Shown here piece after piece: positions 10,294 to 20,216 of a DNA stretch of 64,000 nt. Every line of letters starts with the position of its first letter. The first letter of the stretch is position 1. The notes beneath the pieces were generated by a model, which saw only the letters and a list, made by a program, of their open reading frames with translations, had not been told where the DNA came from and made no database searches. The stretch comes from an uncultured Clostridia bacterium (GTDB taxonomy: Bacteria > Bacillota_I > Bacilli_A > RF39 > UBA660): positions 9,747-73,746 of the forward strand of contig CAMBUO010000003.1 in assembly GCA_945871105.1 (NCBI GenBank). The letters are read 5' to 3'. Both the position numbers and the translations under genes were made by a program.

Positions 10294-11547
10294 ATGAAAA
10301 TAGTAGCTTTAACCAAAGAAGAATTTGATAATTTTGCTTATCATCATAAATATAGTACTTATTATCAAACATCAGCTTATGCCGAAACTTCACGTTATGA
10401 AGGATTAAATACTTTTTATATTGGTTTTGTTCAAGATAACGAGTTAGTAGGAGTTACTTTATTTTTACATAAAACTATTTATTTATATTATAAATATGCT
10501 TATGCTCCAAGAGGATTCTTAATTGATTATACAGATAAAAAATTAGTAAAAAACGTAACAATGGGACTTATTAATTTATTAAAAAAGCAACATTATGCTT
10601 TTATTAAAATAGATCCACCAATTATTTGTAGTGAAAGAGATAATAAAGGTAATATTATTTATTTTAGTAATACTATTAATGATATTTTACAAACTTTTAA
10701 AGATAATCATTATATACATATGGGTTTTAATAAATATTTTGAAAATTATAAACCTCGATTAAATGTTTTTCTTAATTTAAATAGTGATATAAAAAAGATA
10801 TATGATAATATTAAAAAGGAAGCTAGAGATAAAATAGAAGAAAGTGTTGAATCAGGATTAGAAATATCTATTGATAAAACTGGTAATATTGATGAATTAT
10901 ATAAATATATTGGAACTAAAAATAAAAAAAGAAGGAAAAGATATTATCAGGGAATGTATAGTAATTTTTCTCGTAATAATGCTATGGATATTTTCTTTAT
11001 CAATGTTAATACGGATAAGTATTTAAATAATATGAAAAAGCATTATGATATTGAAGCTATTAAAAATGATGAATTAGCTAATTTTGTTCAAGACTTAAGT
11101 ATTACGGGATCAGAAAAACAAAGAATTATTAATGATAAAATGAAATCAGATGAGAGGTTAAATCATTATAAGAATGAATTAATTTATGCTACTAATTTAT
11201 CAAGAAATTATCCAGATTATGTAACAATTGGTGCAGGATTTACCATTAAACATAATAATGGAGTTGATTTAATAATAGATAGTTATTTAGAAGAATATTT
11301 AAGGTTTAATCCTCGTTATGTATTTATTTGGGAACTTATAAAAAAATATAAAAATGAAGGATTTATGTATATTAATTTAAATGCTGTAGTAGGTGATTTT
11401 TCAAAGACAAATTTAGGTAAATATCAATCCTTAAATGATCCTAAACTAAGTTTTCCTTCAACTGTTATTGAGTATATAGGTGAATATGATTTAGTTATTA
11501 ATGAAAGGATTTATCATAAATATAAAGAACAATTAGAAAAAAAATAG
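10294..11547 (+). CDS. FemAB-family peptidoglycan interpeptide-bridge aminoacyltransferase
   Basis: Size (~417 aa), N-terminus (MKIVALTKEEFDNF...YYQTSAYAE) and a central coiled-coil insert are typical of FemA/FemX/MurM. The start is placed at the ATG after GAAAGGG; the ORF-track start is 10240. Confidence 0.75.
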   Translation: MKIVALTKEEFDNFAYHHKYSTYYQTSAYAETSRYEGLNTFYIGFVQDNELVGVTLFLHKTIYLYYKYAYAPRGFLIDYTDKKLVKNVTMGLINLLKKQHYAFIKIDPPIICSERDNKGNIIYFSNTINDILQTFKDNHYIHMGFNKYFENYKPRLNVFLNLNSDIKKIYDNIKKEARDKIEESVESGLEISIDKTGNIDELYKYIGTKNKKRRKRYYQGMYSNFSRNNAMDIFFINVNTDKYLNNMKKHYDIEAIKNDELANFVQDLSITGSEKQRIINDKMKSDERLNHYKNELIYATNLSRNYPDYVTIGAGFTIKHNNGVDLIIDSYLEEYLRFNPRYVFIWELIKKYKNEGFMYINLNAVVGDFSKTNLGKYQSLNDPKLSFPSTVIEYIGEYDLVINERIYHKYKEQLEKK

Positions 11548-11566
11548 AAAGAAATTTCTATTTTTT
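11538..11566. terminator. Bidirectional terminator between the fem-like gene and spo0A
   Basis: A 7-bp stem (atagaaa/tttctat) with a gaaa loop is flanked by A- and T-runs. Confidence 0.5.
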
Positions 11567-12329
11567 AATTTATGACGTATTCTAATCTTAATTTATCAGC
11601 AACCGTTATAATAAATTCTGAATTAGTTGGTTTAGCTTTATCAATATCAACACTATAACCAAATATTTCTTGCATATAATCCCAATTACCGCGATTCCAA
11701 CTAACTTCAATAGCATGTCTTATTGATCTTTCAACTCGTGAGACAGTTGTATTAAATTCTTCAGCAATTTTGGGATATAATTCTTTCGTAATAGCTCCTA
11801 CCATATCAGGATGAAATAATATTTCACTTATGCTTTCTCGAATATAAGAATATCCTTTGATATGAGAAGGAACTCCTAATTCATGTAACACTTTAGTTAT
11901 AGCAATTTGTAAATTATTATGATATAAATCTAAAGTCTTAGAACTAGAATTAATAATATTAGTTGATTCTAAAATTTTCTTTTCAAGTTCAGGTAATTCA
12001 AATGGCTTTAGCATAAAATAATTAACATTCATACTAGCAACTTTTCTAATTACTTCAGGGGTATTATACGATGTTAAAACAATTATTTTTGGTAAATTTT
12101 CAATATCTTTAACATCTTCTAAAACAGAAATACCATCTTTTTTAGGCATGATTAAATCTAAAATAATTAAATCATAATTGCCTAAGTTTTCTTTGATTAG
12201 TTTAACACCATCAATTCCATCATGGGCAACATAATCAATCGAGATTACTGCGTGACTACTAAAATACTCCTTTACCATATCAACGAGTCCAATATTATCG
12301 TCGATCATAAGTACTCTAATTTTGTTCAT
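11565..12329 (-). CDS. spo0A: Sporulation master regulator Spo0A (receiver + Spo0A_C DNA-binding domain)
   Basis: The receiver domain has DDN...[10 protein letters not shown]. The C-terminal region carries the Spo0A signature [12 protein letters not shown] ... [22 protein letters not shown]. Confidence 0.9.
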   Translation of the reverse strand: MNKIRVLMIDDNIGLVDMVKEYFSSHAVISIDYVAHDGIDGVKLIKENLGNYDLIILDLIMPKKDGISVLEDVKDIENLPKIIVLTSYNTPEVIRKVASMNVNYFMLKPFELPELEKKILESTNIINSSSKTLDLYHNNLQIAITKVLHELGVPSHIKGYSYIRESISEILFHPDMVGAITKELYPKIAEEFNTTVSRVERSIRHAIEVSWNRGNWDYMQEIFGYSVDIDKAKPTNSEFIITVADKLRLEYVIN

Positions 12330-12426
12330 AATAATCCTTTCTTATTACTGCACGCACTACCTTACTTTCTAATTATATAATAATCTACAATTTTTTTAAA
12401 GACCTTTTTTTGTCATCTTTTGTCGT

Positions 12427-13131
12427 TTACTTAATTTTATCAATTAATTCTAAAAACTTATTGGGATTTAAAGTAGCTCCACCAATTAAATAACCATCAA
12501 GATTATTAATCTTATTTAATTCAAGAATATTATCAAGATTAACACTTCCACCATAAATAACTTTTAAATTAATCTGATAATTTTCATTTATATAATTTTT
12601 AATAAAACTAATTATTTCTGTAAGAATATCATTCGTAGGAATTTTACCAGTTCCAATTGACCAAATCGGTTCATAAGCAATGATAATTTTATCACTTCTA
12701 TTATCTTTTAAAGCGATATCAATTTGTTCTTTTAATTTATCTTTAGTTAAATTATTTTCATATTCTCTCAAGGATTCTCCAATACAAAGAACGGGGATAA
12801 TATCATTTTTTAAAGCTAATTTCATTTTATCAGCAATATAGTTATCATCATTAAAATATTTTCTTCTTTCTGAATGTCCTATTAAAGTATATTTAATACC
12901 AAGTTCTTTTAATTGTAAAATAGAAGTATCGCCTGTAACAGCACCAAATTCTTGAAATGATATATTTTGACTACCAACGAGATAATTATTCTTAGCAAAA
13001 TTTTCTATATATAAATCACTTGGAAAAAAGATAATATTATCAATTGGAAATTTATTTTTTATAACTTCTAAGTAGTTATTAATATCATCTTTTTTGAAAT
13101 TCATTTTAAAATTAGCACCTATTATTTTCAT
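12427..13131 (-). CDS. tpiA: Triosephosphate isomerase
   Basis: GANFKMN, GHSERR, AYEPIWSIGTG, YGGSV and GGA motifs. Confidence 0.92.
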   Translation of the reverse strand: MKIIGANFKMNFKKDDINNYLEVIKNKFPIDNIIFFPSDLYIENFAKNNYLVGSQNISFQEFGAVTGDTSILQLKELGIKYTLIGHSERRKYFNDDNYIADKMKLALKNDIIPVLCIGESLREYENNLTKDKLKEQIDIALKDNRSDKIIIAYEPIWSIGTGKIPTNDILTEIISFIKNYINENYQINLKVIYGGSVNLDNILELNKINNLDGYLIGGATLNPNKFLELIDKIK

Positions 13132-14255
13132 TTTAACTCCTTTTCTACTAAGTTAAATAGTTTTTCAATAGATTTATTTTCTTCTTGATTTTTTAAATTA
13201 TTATACATGTCTTGGACTATTTCGGGGTTATTATTAATTTTTTTCATGACACGTGATAGTTGAAAAGGGGTACGAACTCGAAGACCAAATTTATTTTTAG
13301 TAACAAAGTTGGCATTATAATTTTCTTGACCACCATTTCCTGGTATTAAAATCATTGGCGTTTTCATCTCAAGTGCTTCTGTTACCGATAATCCTCCTGG
13401 TTTAGTAATAACTAAAGTAGCAATATTTAAAAGATTAGAAACATCATTAGTAAAGCCTAAAACTGTTATATTAGGAGTATTTTCTTTCATAACTAAGTCA
13501 TTTACTTTATTTTGTAATTCAACATTTTTACCAGCTACAAAGATAATATTAATATCTAATTTTAGTTTTAAAAGAGCTTTTAGATAGTTATAAGTAAAAC
13601 TAGATCCCATAGATCCTCCTCCAAAGAAGAGAATTATTGGTTTATTATTTTTAATATTATATTTTAATTTTATTTTTTCTTTATCATCAGTTACCTTAAA
13701 TTTACTTGATAGGGGTATACCAAAAGGGCATATTTTTTTCTCATCAACTCCAAATTTTAATACTTCTTGTTTAACTATTTCATTACTAACTACAATGTAA
13801 TCTTCATATTTATGGTTTTGAATCCACATACAATTAGAACAATAATCAGTTATAATGGTTATTATTTTGGTTTTAGTATGATATTTTTTATTAATACTTC
13901 CCATCATAATACCACCAAAGAAATGGGTTGCAATTAATAAATCGGGATTATATTCTAAAAAATCTTTTTGAAGTTTTTTATTTAAACAAGCTTTTGTATA
14001 TATTTTATAAGGAGCAGTTACTATTTTATTATCACTTAGTTCATAACCAATGGTAGCAGGTAAACTAAATTGGAATTTAAAAATCATATTAAATAATTTT
14101 AAATTTATTTTTCCAATAAGACTAGCATAATCCATAACATCAACTATTTTTAAATCATAGTCTCCATGTTCTTTAAAATATTCATAAATATAATTAGCAA
14201 CGGTTTTATGCCCCGATCCATAAGAGGCATAAGTAATTAATATTTTCTTTTTCAT
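13128..14255 (-). CDS. MGDG-synthase/UgtP-like diacylglycerol glycosyltransferase (GT28 family)
   Basis: N-terminal YASYGSGHKTVA motif and C-terminal TKPGGLSVTEALEMKTPMI...GQENYNA motif. It shares 4-nt ATGA overlaps with both pgk and tpiA. Confidence 0.8.
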   Translation of the reverse strand: MKKKILITYASYGSGHKTVANYIYEYFKEHGDYDLKIVDVMDYASLIGKINLKLFNMIFKFQFSLPATIGYELSDNKIVTAPYKIYTKACLNKKLQKDFLEYNPDLLIATHFFGGIMMGSINKKYHTKTKIITIITDYCSNCMWIQNHKYEDYIVVSNEIVKQEVLKFGVDEKKICPFGIPLSSKFKVTDDKEKIKLKYNIKNNKPIILFFGGGSMGSSFTYNYLKALLKLKLDINIIFVAGKNVELQNKVNDLVMKENTPNITVLGFTNDVSNLLNIATLVITKPGGLSVTEALEMKTPMILIPGNGGQENYNANFVTKNKFGLRVRTPFQLSRVMKKINNNPEIVQDMYNNLKNQEENKSIEKLFNLVEKELK

Positions 14256-15403
14256 ATATTAATACCAGGTAATTCTTTTCCTTCCAATAATTCAAGAGAT
14301 GCTCCACCACCGGTTGATACATGTGTAAATTTATCTTTATATCCCATATTGATAACACAACTTGCTGAATCTCCACCACCAACAACACTAGTTACATCTA
14401 ATTTACTAATAACTTCACATAAATATTTAGTTCCTTCTTGGTAAATTGGATTTTCATAATAACCCATTGGTCCATTCCAAAAAATAGTTTTACTTTTTTC
14501 TAAGAAACTCTTGAATAATTCTCTCGTTTTAGGACCAATATCTAAACCTATTTCATTAGGACTAATTTTATCAACAACTCTTGTTTCTTCTTTATTTTCT
14601 AAACTAACAATATGATCAATTGGTAAAATAATTTTTTCTTTATCTAAACTTTTTACAAATTCTAAACTATCTTCATCAACTAAAGATTTTCCTACTTCTT
14701 CATTATTAGCTTTTAAGAAAGTATATGCCATAGCTCCACCTACTAAAATATAATCAGCTTTTTTGATTAAATTCTCAACTGTTTTTAATTTATCACTTAG
14801 TTTTGCACCACCTAAAATAACTGTAAATGGTCTTTCAGGATTATTAATAATTGGTAATAAGTTATCTAATTCTTTTAAAACTAAGAATCCTAAACAACTT
14901 GGTAAATATTTACTAATACCGACATTAGAAGCATGAGCTCTATGACAAGTACCAAAGGCATCATTGATAAAAATATCCCCAAGACTAGCCCAATATTTAG
15001 CAAGTTCTAAATCACAACTACTTTCTTTTTTATCATTTAAATCTTCAAAACGAGTATTTTCTAGCATTACAATGTCACCTGGTTGCATCTTTAAAACAGT
15101 TTCTTTAACTAAATTTCCTCTAGTTTCTGGAACAAAAGTAACTTGTTTATCTAAAAGTAAACTAAGTCTTTCACTAACAGGTTTTAAAGAATACTTAAGT
15201 TTATCTTCTTCTTTTTTTACTTTACCAAGATGTGATAATAAAATTATTTTACAATTATTATCTAAACAATAATTAATTGTTTTAAGACTTTCTTTAATAC
15301 GATTATCATCAGTTATTTCTAATTTATCATTTATAGGTACATTATAATCAACTCTAATAATAACCGTTTTATTTCTTAAATTTACTTCATCAATTCTTTT
15401 CAT
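14252..15403 (-). CDS. pgk: Phosphoglycerate kinase
   Basis: RVDYNVP, NDAFGTCHRAHAS, GGAKLSDK and STGGGASLE motifs. Confidence 0.95.
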   Translation of the reverse strand: MKRIDEVNLRNKTVIIRVDYNVPINDKLEITDDNRIKESLKTINYCLDNNCKIILLSHLGKVKKEEDKLKYSLKPVSERLSLLLDKQVTFVPETRGNLVKETVLKMQPGDIVMLENTRFEDLNDKKESSCDLELAKYWASLGDIFINDAFGTCHRAHASNVGISKYLPSCLGFLVLKELDNLLPIINNPERPFTVILGGAKLSDKLKTVENLIKKADYILVGGAMAYTFLKANNEEVGKSLVDEDSLEFVKSLDKEKIILPIDHIVSLENKEETRVVDKISPNEIGLDIGPKTRELFKSFLEKSKTIFWNGPMGYYENPIYQEGTKYLCEVISKLDVTSVVGGGDSASCVINMGYKDKFTHVSTGGGASLELLEGKELPGINI

Positions 15404-15513
15404 ATATCCTCTTTTCCTTCTTTATTATATCATTTAAAAATAATAGTAGCAATAAAAGTAAAAAATATTATAAAAATATTTAAAAAAATGTTTATATTAC
15501 CAAGGGAGGATAT

Positions 15514-17028
15514 ATGAATTTAAAAGATACTTTCTTTGATAATATAAATGGTTATAGTCTAGATTTAAATCAAAGAAAAATAATAACAAGTGAAAATAAT
15601 AATATTTTAGTTGTAGCAGGAGCAGGATCTGGTAAAACTTTAACTATAGTTGGAAAAATTAAATATTTAATTGAAAAAAAGAATGTTAATCCAAAAGATA
15701 TATTATGTATTTCTTTTACTAATGAAACAGTAAATAGTTTAAAAAATAAATTACAAGAAGATATCGATGTTTATACTTTTCATAAATTAAGTTTAGAAAT
15801 ATTAAAAGATAATCATGTTTATTTTCGAATAACGGATTCTGATTATTTAGAATATATTGTTAATGAGTACTTTGAAAGTATTATTTATCAAACTAATTTA
15901 ATCAAATATGTTATTAATTATTTTAAATATTATCATGAAGAAGATTTAACTTATGAAATAATTAAAAAAGATTATTTTAAAGAATTTCAAGCTTATAAAA
16001 AACTAATTATTAAATTTATTAATATGATTAAAAGTAATAATCATGATATTAATAATTTTAAAAGATATTTAAAGAGAAATAAATATATTTTTTCTTTAAA
16101 GAAACAATATAAGAATAAATGTTTTTTATTAATTATGTTTTCTCTTTATAAATTATATTTAGAAGAATTAAATAGTAGTTTTGAAATAGATTTTGATTTT
16201 ATGATTATTAAAGCAACGAATAGTATTAAAGATAAAGGAATGAAACGTTATTATAAATATATTATTATTGATGAATTTCAAGATACTTCAATGGTTAGAT
16301 ATAATTTAATTAAAGCTATTAGGGAAGAGTGTGATAGTAAAATATTTTGTGTAGGTGATGATTTTCAATCTATATATCGTTTTTCTGGTTGTACTTTAGA
16401 TTTATTTGTAAACTTTAAAAAGTATTTTAAAAATGCTAAAATTATGTATATTAATAAAACTTATCGTAATTCTTTAGAACTAGTTAAAATTGCTTATAGT
16501 TTTATTATTAAGAATCATTATCAATTAAGTAAGAAAATAATATCTAATAAAAGATTAAAAAATCCTATTAAATTAGTTTATTATACTAAAAGTAATTATG
16601 AATATAAGTTTTTAAGATTGTTAGATAAATTAAATAGGGAAAATAAAAAAGAAATATTAGTCTTAGGTCGTTGTAATCATGATTTAAGTGTTGTTTATAA
16701 AGGAGAAGTTTTAAATAATAGTTTTACATATAAAAATTTAAAAATAAAATATTTAACTGTTCATACTTCAAAAGGATTAGAAAGTGAAGAAGTAATAGTT
16801 TTAAATGTAAGTGATGATTTGTTGGGTTTTCCTAATAAATTAGAAGATGATGAGGTTTTAAAGTTGTTTTTTAGGAATAAAGAAAGATATTTATATGCTG
16901 AAGAAAGAAGACTTTTTTATGTAGCTTTAACAAGAACCAAGAATAATGTTTATTTAATGACAAGAAAGAATTATGAATCTTTATTTGTTTTAGAAATTAA
17001 GAATAAGTGTAGTGTGTTAGATGTTTAA
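15514..17028 (+). CDS. Short UvrD/Rep-family superfamily-1 helicase
   Basis: Helicase motifs are AGAGSGKT (I), DEFQDTS (II), VGDDFQSIYRFSG (III), TYRNS (IV), TVHTSKGLESEEV (V) and RLFYVALTRTK (VI). At 504 aa it is much shorter than PcrA/UvrD. Confidence 0.8.
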   Translation: MNLKDTFFDNINGYSLDLNQRKIITSENNNILVVAGAGSGKTLTIVGKIKYLIEKKNVNPKDILCISFTNETVNSLKNKLQEDIDVYTFHKLSLEILKDNHVYFRITDSDYLEYIVNEYFESIIYQTNLIKYVINYFKYYHEEDLTYEIIKKDYFKEFQAYKKLIIKFINMIKSNNHDINNFKRYLKRNKYIFSLKKQYKNKCFLLIMFSLYKLYLEELNSSFEIDFDFMIIKATNSIKDKGMKRYYKYIIIDEFQDTSMVRYNLIKAIREECDSKIFCVGDDFQSIYRFSGCTLDLFVNFKKYFKNAKIMYINKTYRNSLELVKIAYSFIIKNHYQLSKKIISNKRLKNPIKLVYYTKSNYEYKFLRLLDKLNRENKKEILVLGRCNHDLSVVYKGEVLNNSFTYKNLKIKYLTVHTSKGLESEEVIVLNVSDDLLGFPNKLEDDEVLKLFFRNKERYLYAEERRLFYVALTRTKNNVYLMTRKNYESLFVLEIKNKCSVLDV

Positions 17029-17062
17029 AATTCTTTGAAAAATAAGGAATTTATAGTAAAAA

Positions 17063-17092
17063 TTGATTAAAATAATGACTTTTCAATATAAT
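17063..17092 (+). promoter_or_regulatory. Sigma-A-type promoter of the T5orf172/MTase/DUF262-HNH operon
   Basis: TTGATT, 18-nt spacer, TATAAT, located 45 nt upstream of the 17137 start. Confidence 0.55.
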
Positions 17093-17136
17093 TTTGGTAC
17101 AATACTATTAAGTTTAGAATTTAGGAGTGAAAAAAC

Positions 17137-17793
17137 ATGAGTCAAAAATCTGGAGTAATTTACATATTAACTAACCCATCTTTTAGAGAATATGTAAAAA
17201 TTGGATATGCGGATGATGTAGTATCAAGAGTTAAACAATTAAATAATTCTGAAGCAATACCTTTTTCGTTTCATATATTTGCTACTTATGATGTAACTGA
17301 AAGATTAACAGATAAGAAATTACATAATTTTATTGATACATTAAATCCGGAGCTAAGAAGCAAAGAAAAAATAGGTAATAAAATTAGAATAAGAGAATTT
17401 TATCATATACCACCAGAAGAAATATATTCTGCGTTTGAAAGTATGGCAGAAGTAACTGGAACAAGAGATAGACTTCATAAATGGGAAGAAACAAATGAAG
17501 AAATAGAAGATAATAAAGAAGCATTAATGTTATCAAAAAATAGACATCATTTTAAAAATATAAGTTTTCATTCAAGTTTAACTGGAAAAGACTATTATTC
17601 TAAAACAAATGAAGATGGAACTTTAGGAATATATGAAAAAGATACGAATATTGAGGTTCCAAATAATTCAAATCCATCAAAACGTCAAATACTATATTCA
17701 GCACTTGAAGATTTAGGTGGAGATGCATCTAGTGGAAATACTCTATATCAATTACAACATAAGTTAGAAAAAATTTTAGTTAGTAGGAAGTGA
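17137..17793 (+). CDS. T5orf172 (MUG113, GIY-YIG-like) domain protein
   Basis: The N-terminal GVIYILTNPSFREYVKIGYADDVVSRVKQLN pattern is typical of T5orf172 domains. AGGAG RBS. The C-terminal half is unassigned. Confidence 0.65.
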   Translation: MSQKSGVIYILTNPSFREYVKIGYADDVVSRVKQLNNSEAIPFSFHIFATYDVTERLTDKKLHNFIDTLNPELRSKEKIGNKIRIREFYHIPPEEIYSAFESMAEVTGTRDRLHKWEETNEEIEDNKEALMLSKNRHHFKNISFHSSLTGKDYYSKTNEDGTLGIYEKDTNIEVPNNSNPSKRQILYSALEDLGGDASSGNTLYQLQHKLEKILVSRK

Positions 17794-17797
17794 TATT

Positions 17798-19006
17798 ATG
17801 GCTAATAAAAAATTACATAAAGCAAAAACTGGGAAAAATGATGAATTTTATACTCAATTTAGTGATATACAAAACGAAGTTAATGCATACATAGAATATA
17901 ATCCTGACGTTTTTAAAGATAAAACAATTTTGTTACCATGTGATGATCCTGAATGGTCAAATTTTACAAAGTTTTTTGCACAAAATTTTGAAAAATTTAA
18001 ATTAAAAAAATTAATAAGCACTAGTTATGCATACGATAGTAAACATATAACAGAACCTTACCAATTATCATTATTTGAATCAGAATCACCACAATTTGAT
18101 AGAAGTAAAACTAAATCAAATGGGAAAATATTTACATTAGACAGAGATTTAAATAAATCTGGTAAAATAGATATAAATGATTTAGAATGGAAATATTTAG
18201 ATGGAGATGGCGATTTCAGATCTGAAGAAGTAATAAAGTTGAGAGATGAAGCTGATATTGTTGTAACTAATCCACCGTTTAGTTTGTTTAAAGATTTCAT
18301 GAAATGGTTAAATGAATCTGAAAAAAAATTTTTAATTATAGGTCATCAAAACGCAATCACTTATAAAGAGGTATTCCCCTATATTAAAGAAAATAAAATG
18401 TGGTTAGGTAAAGGATTTAAAGGCGGTGCAGCTTATTTTATAAACAAATATTATACTGATTATGCAACTGCTGACAATCATCAAGAAGGTATGATTAGAG
18501 TGTCAGGAGTTGTATGGTTTACTAATTTAGAACATGGAAGAAGACATAAACCATTACAATTAATGACTATGAGTGAAAATATAAAATACAGTAGACATAA
18601 AGAAATAAATGGACATGAATATGTTAAGTTTGATAATTATGATGCTATTGATGTTCCATATACTGATGCTATTCCTTCAGATTATGATGGTGTAATGGGA
18701 GTTCCAATTACGTTTTTAGCAAAATATAATCCTAGTCAATTTAAAATTATAGGTATTGCTAAAACTCCAATTGGTTCTCATTTGAGGACGAAAGTTTATG
18801 GTCAACAAATTCAACATAGTATAAAAAATGGAAAAGAAGTTTTAAGTAATGTATCAAAATTAAATGATGGTCCAGCAATTTATTCTGAAAATATACCAAA
18901 TAAATATCCATATTATGAAGTTGATGGTAAATATTATATTTCAACCTATGCTCGAATATTGATAAAATTTAAGGAGGAAAAAAATGAAAACAATATTGAA
19001 AACTGA
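17798..19006 (+). CDS. N6-adenine DNA methyltransferase (EcoRI-methylase-like family)
   Basis: Catalytic motif IV is VVTNPPFS (NPPF at 18269..18280). The N-terminal [13 protein letters not shown] segment is recalled from the EcoRI-type methylase family. It starts 4 nt after the upstream stop. Confidence 0.8.
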   Translation: MANKKLHKAKTGKNDEFYTQFSDIQNEVNAYIEYNPDVFKDKTILLPCDDPEWSNFTKFFAQNFEKFKLKKLISTSYAYDSKHITEPYQLSLFESESPQFDRSKTKSNGKIFTLDRDLNKSGKIDINDLEWKYLDGDGDFRSEEVIKLRDEADIVVTNPPFSLFKDFMKWLNESEKKFLIIGHQNAITYKEVFPYIKENKMWLGKGFKGGAAYFINKYYTDYATADNHQEGMIRVSGVVWFTNLEHGRRHKPLQLMTMSENIKYSRHKEINGHEYVKFDNYDAIDVPYTDAIPSDYDGVMGVPITFLAKYNPSQFKIIGIAKTPIGSHLRTKVYGQQIQHSIKNGKEVLSNVSKLNDGPAIYSENIPNKYPYYEVDGKYYISTYARILIKFKEEKNENNIEN

Positions 19007-20147
19007 TTTAACTGTTAGAGATATAAATGAGGGATTTGTTTATAATGAATATGAAGGAAAAGGATTATTTGGATGGGGTGGTAAATTAACAATTCAACCT
19101 GAATATCAAAGAAATTATATTTATGCTGATGGAAAAAGAGATGTTGCTGTAATTGATTCATTATTAAAAGGGTATCCTTTAGGTTTATTATATTTTGTTA
19201 AAGTTGGTGAAGATAAATACGAAATTTTAGACGGTCAACAGAGAGTTACCAGTTTTGGAAGATTTATTACAGATAAATTTGCTATTAAAGATGAACATGG
19301 TATGGAACAATATTTTGATGGACTTGCCAAGAATTTACAAGATAAGATTCTTGATTCACAGTTAACAATTTATATTTGTGAGGGGGAAGAATCAGAAATT
19401 AAGGAATGGTTTAAAACAATTAATATCGTAGGTGTTCCACTAAATAATCAAGAATTATTAAATGCTATTTATTCTGGACCTTTTGTAACTATGGCTCGTG
19501 AAGAATTTTCTAATTCTCAAAATGCAAACATTCAAAAATGGAGTGCATATATAAAAGGTGATGTAAACAGACAAGAATATCTTGCGACAGCTCTTAATTG
19601 GGTGAGCAAAGGTAATATTGATAGTTATATGAGTCAACATAGATTTGATACTAATATTACAGAATTAAAAACATATTTCAACTCTGTAATAACTTGGGCA
19701 TCAACTGTCTTTAAAGATGTTAAATCTGATATGAGAGGTTTAGAATGGGGAAGATTATATGAAATGTATCATAATAATTCATATGATCCTAACAAGGTTT
19801 CAGAAATATTATGTAAATTATATGCTGATTTGCAAGTTCAAGATACTAAAGGTATATGTGAGTATATATTAGGTGGATGCAAAGATACTAAACTTTTAAA
19901 TATCAGAGTATTTGATGATAATACTAAGCGTGTTGTATATGAAAAACAAACTCAAGAGGCAAAATTAAAAGACATTAGTAATTGTCCATTATGTGCAATA
20001 GGAAATGACAATAATAAAAATCGTATTTGGGAATTAAAAGAAATGGATGCTGATCATGTTACTGCATGGAGTAAAGGTGGATCTACAGATATTAATAATT
20101 GTCAAATGTTATGCCAGACACATAATAGAGCAAAAGGTAATAGATAA
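18984..20147 (+). CDS. DUF262 (ParB-like, DGQQR) - HNH endonuclease fusion, GmrSD/BrxU/SspE-like
   Basis: The N-terminal half has QPEYQR and DGQQR motifs. The C-terminus has CPLC ... [12 protein letters not shown]...[15 protein letters not shown] (HNH with zinc ligands). An AAGGAGG RBS lies inside the MTase 3' end, giving a 23-nt overlap. Confidence 0.8.
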   Translation: MKTILKTDLTVRDINEGFVYNEYEGKGLFGWGGKLTIQPEYQRNYIYADGKRDVAVIDSLLKGYPLGLLYFVKVGEDKYEILDGQQRVTSFGRFITDKFAIKDEHGMEQYFDGLAKNLQDKILDSQLTIYICEGEESEIKEWFKTINIVGVPLNNQELLNAIYSGPFVTMAREEFSNSQNANIQKWSAYIKGDVNRQEYLATALNWVSKGNIDSYMSQHRFDTNITELKTYFNSVITWASTVFKDVKSDMRGLEWGRLYEMYHNNSYDPNKVSEILCKLYADLQVQDTKGICEYILGGCKDTKLLNIRVFDDNTKRVVYEKQTQEAKLKDISNCPLCAIGNDNNKNRIWELKEMDADHVTAWSKGGSTDINNCQMLCQTHNRAKGNR

Positions 20148-20187
20148 AGAATTAGTATCGAAAATATATAATTTATTATTCAAAATT

Positions 20188-20216
20188 AAAGATTCAGACT
20201 GCAACTGAATCTTTTT
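20188..20216. terminator. Hairpin terminator shared by the convergent DUF262-HNH and PIN genes
   Basis: A 10-bp perfect stem (aaagattcag/ctgaatcttt) with a 7-nt loop and a T-rich tail. It overlaps the last codons of the PIN gene. Confidence 0.55.

Noticed and set aside
12330-12426. Spo0A autoregulatory 0A boxes (TGTCGAA/TTCGACA) upstream of spo0A.
   Set aside because: Only a weak aacgaca-like match with two mismatches is present. This is not sufficient to call.
15514-17028. The UvrD-like helicase as GajB of a Gabija system.
   Set aside because: No OLD-family ATPase/TOPRIM (GajA-like) gene is adjacent. The left neighbour is pgk and the right neighbour is the T5orf172 gene.
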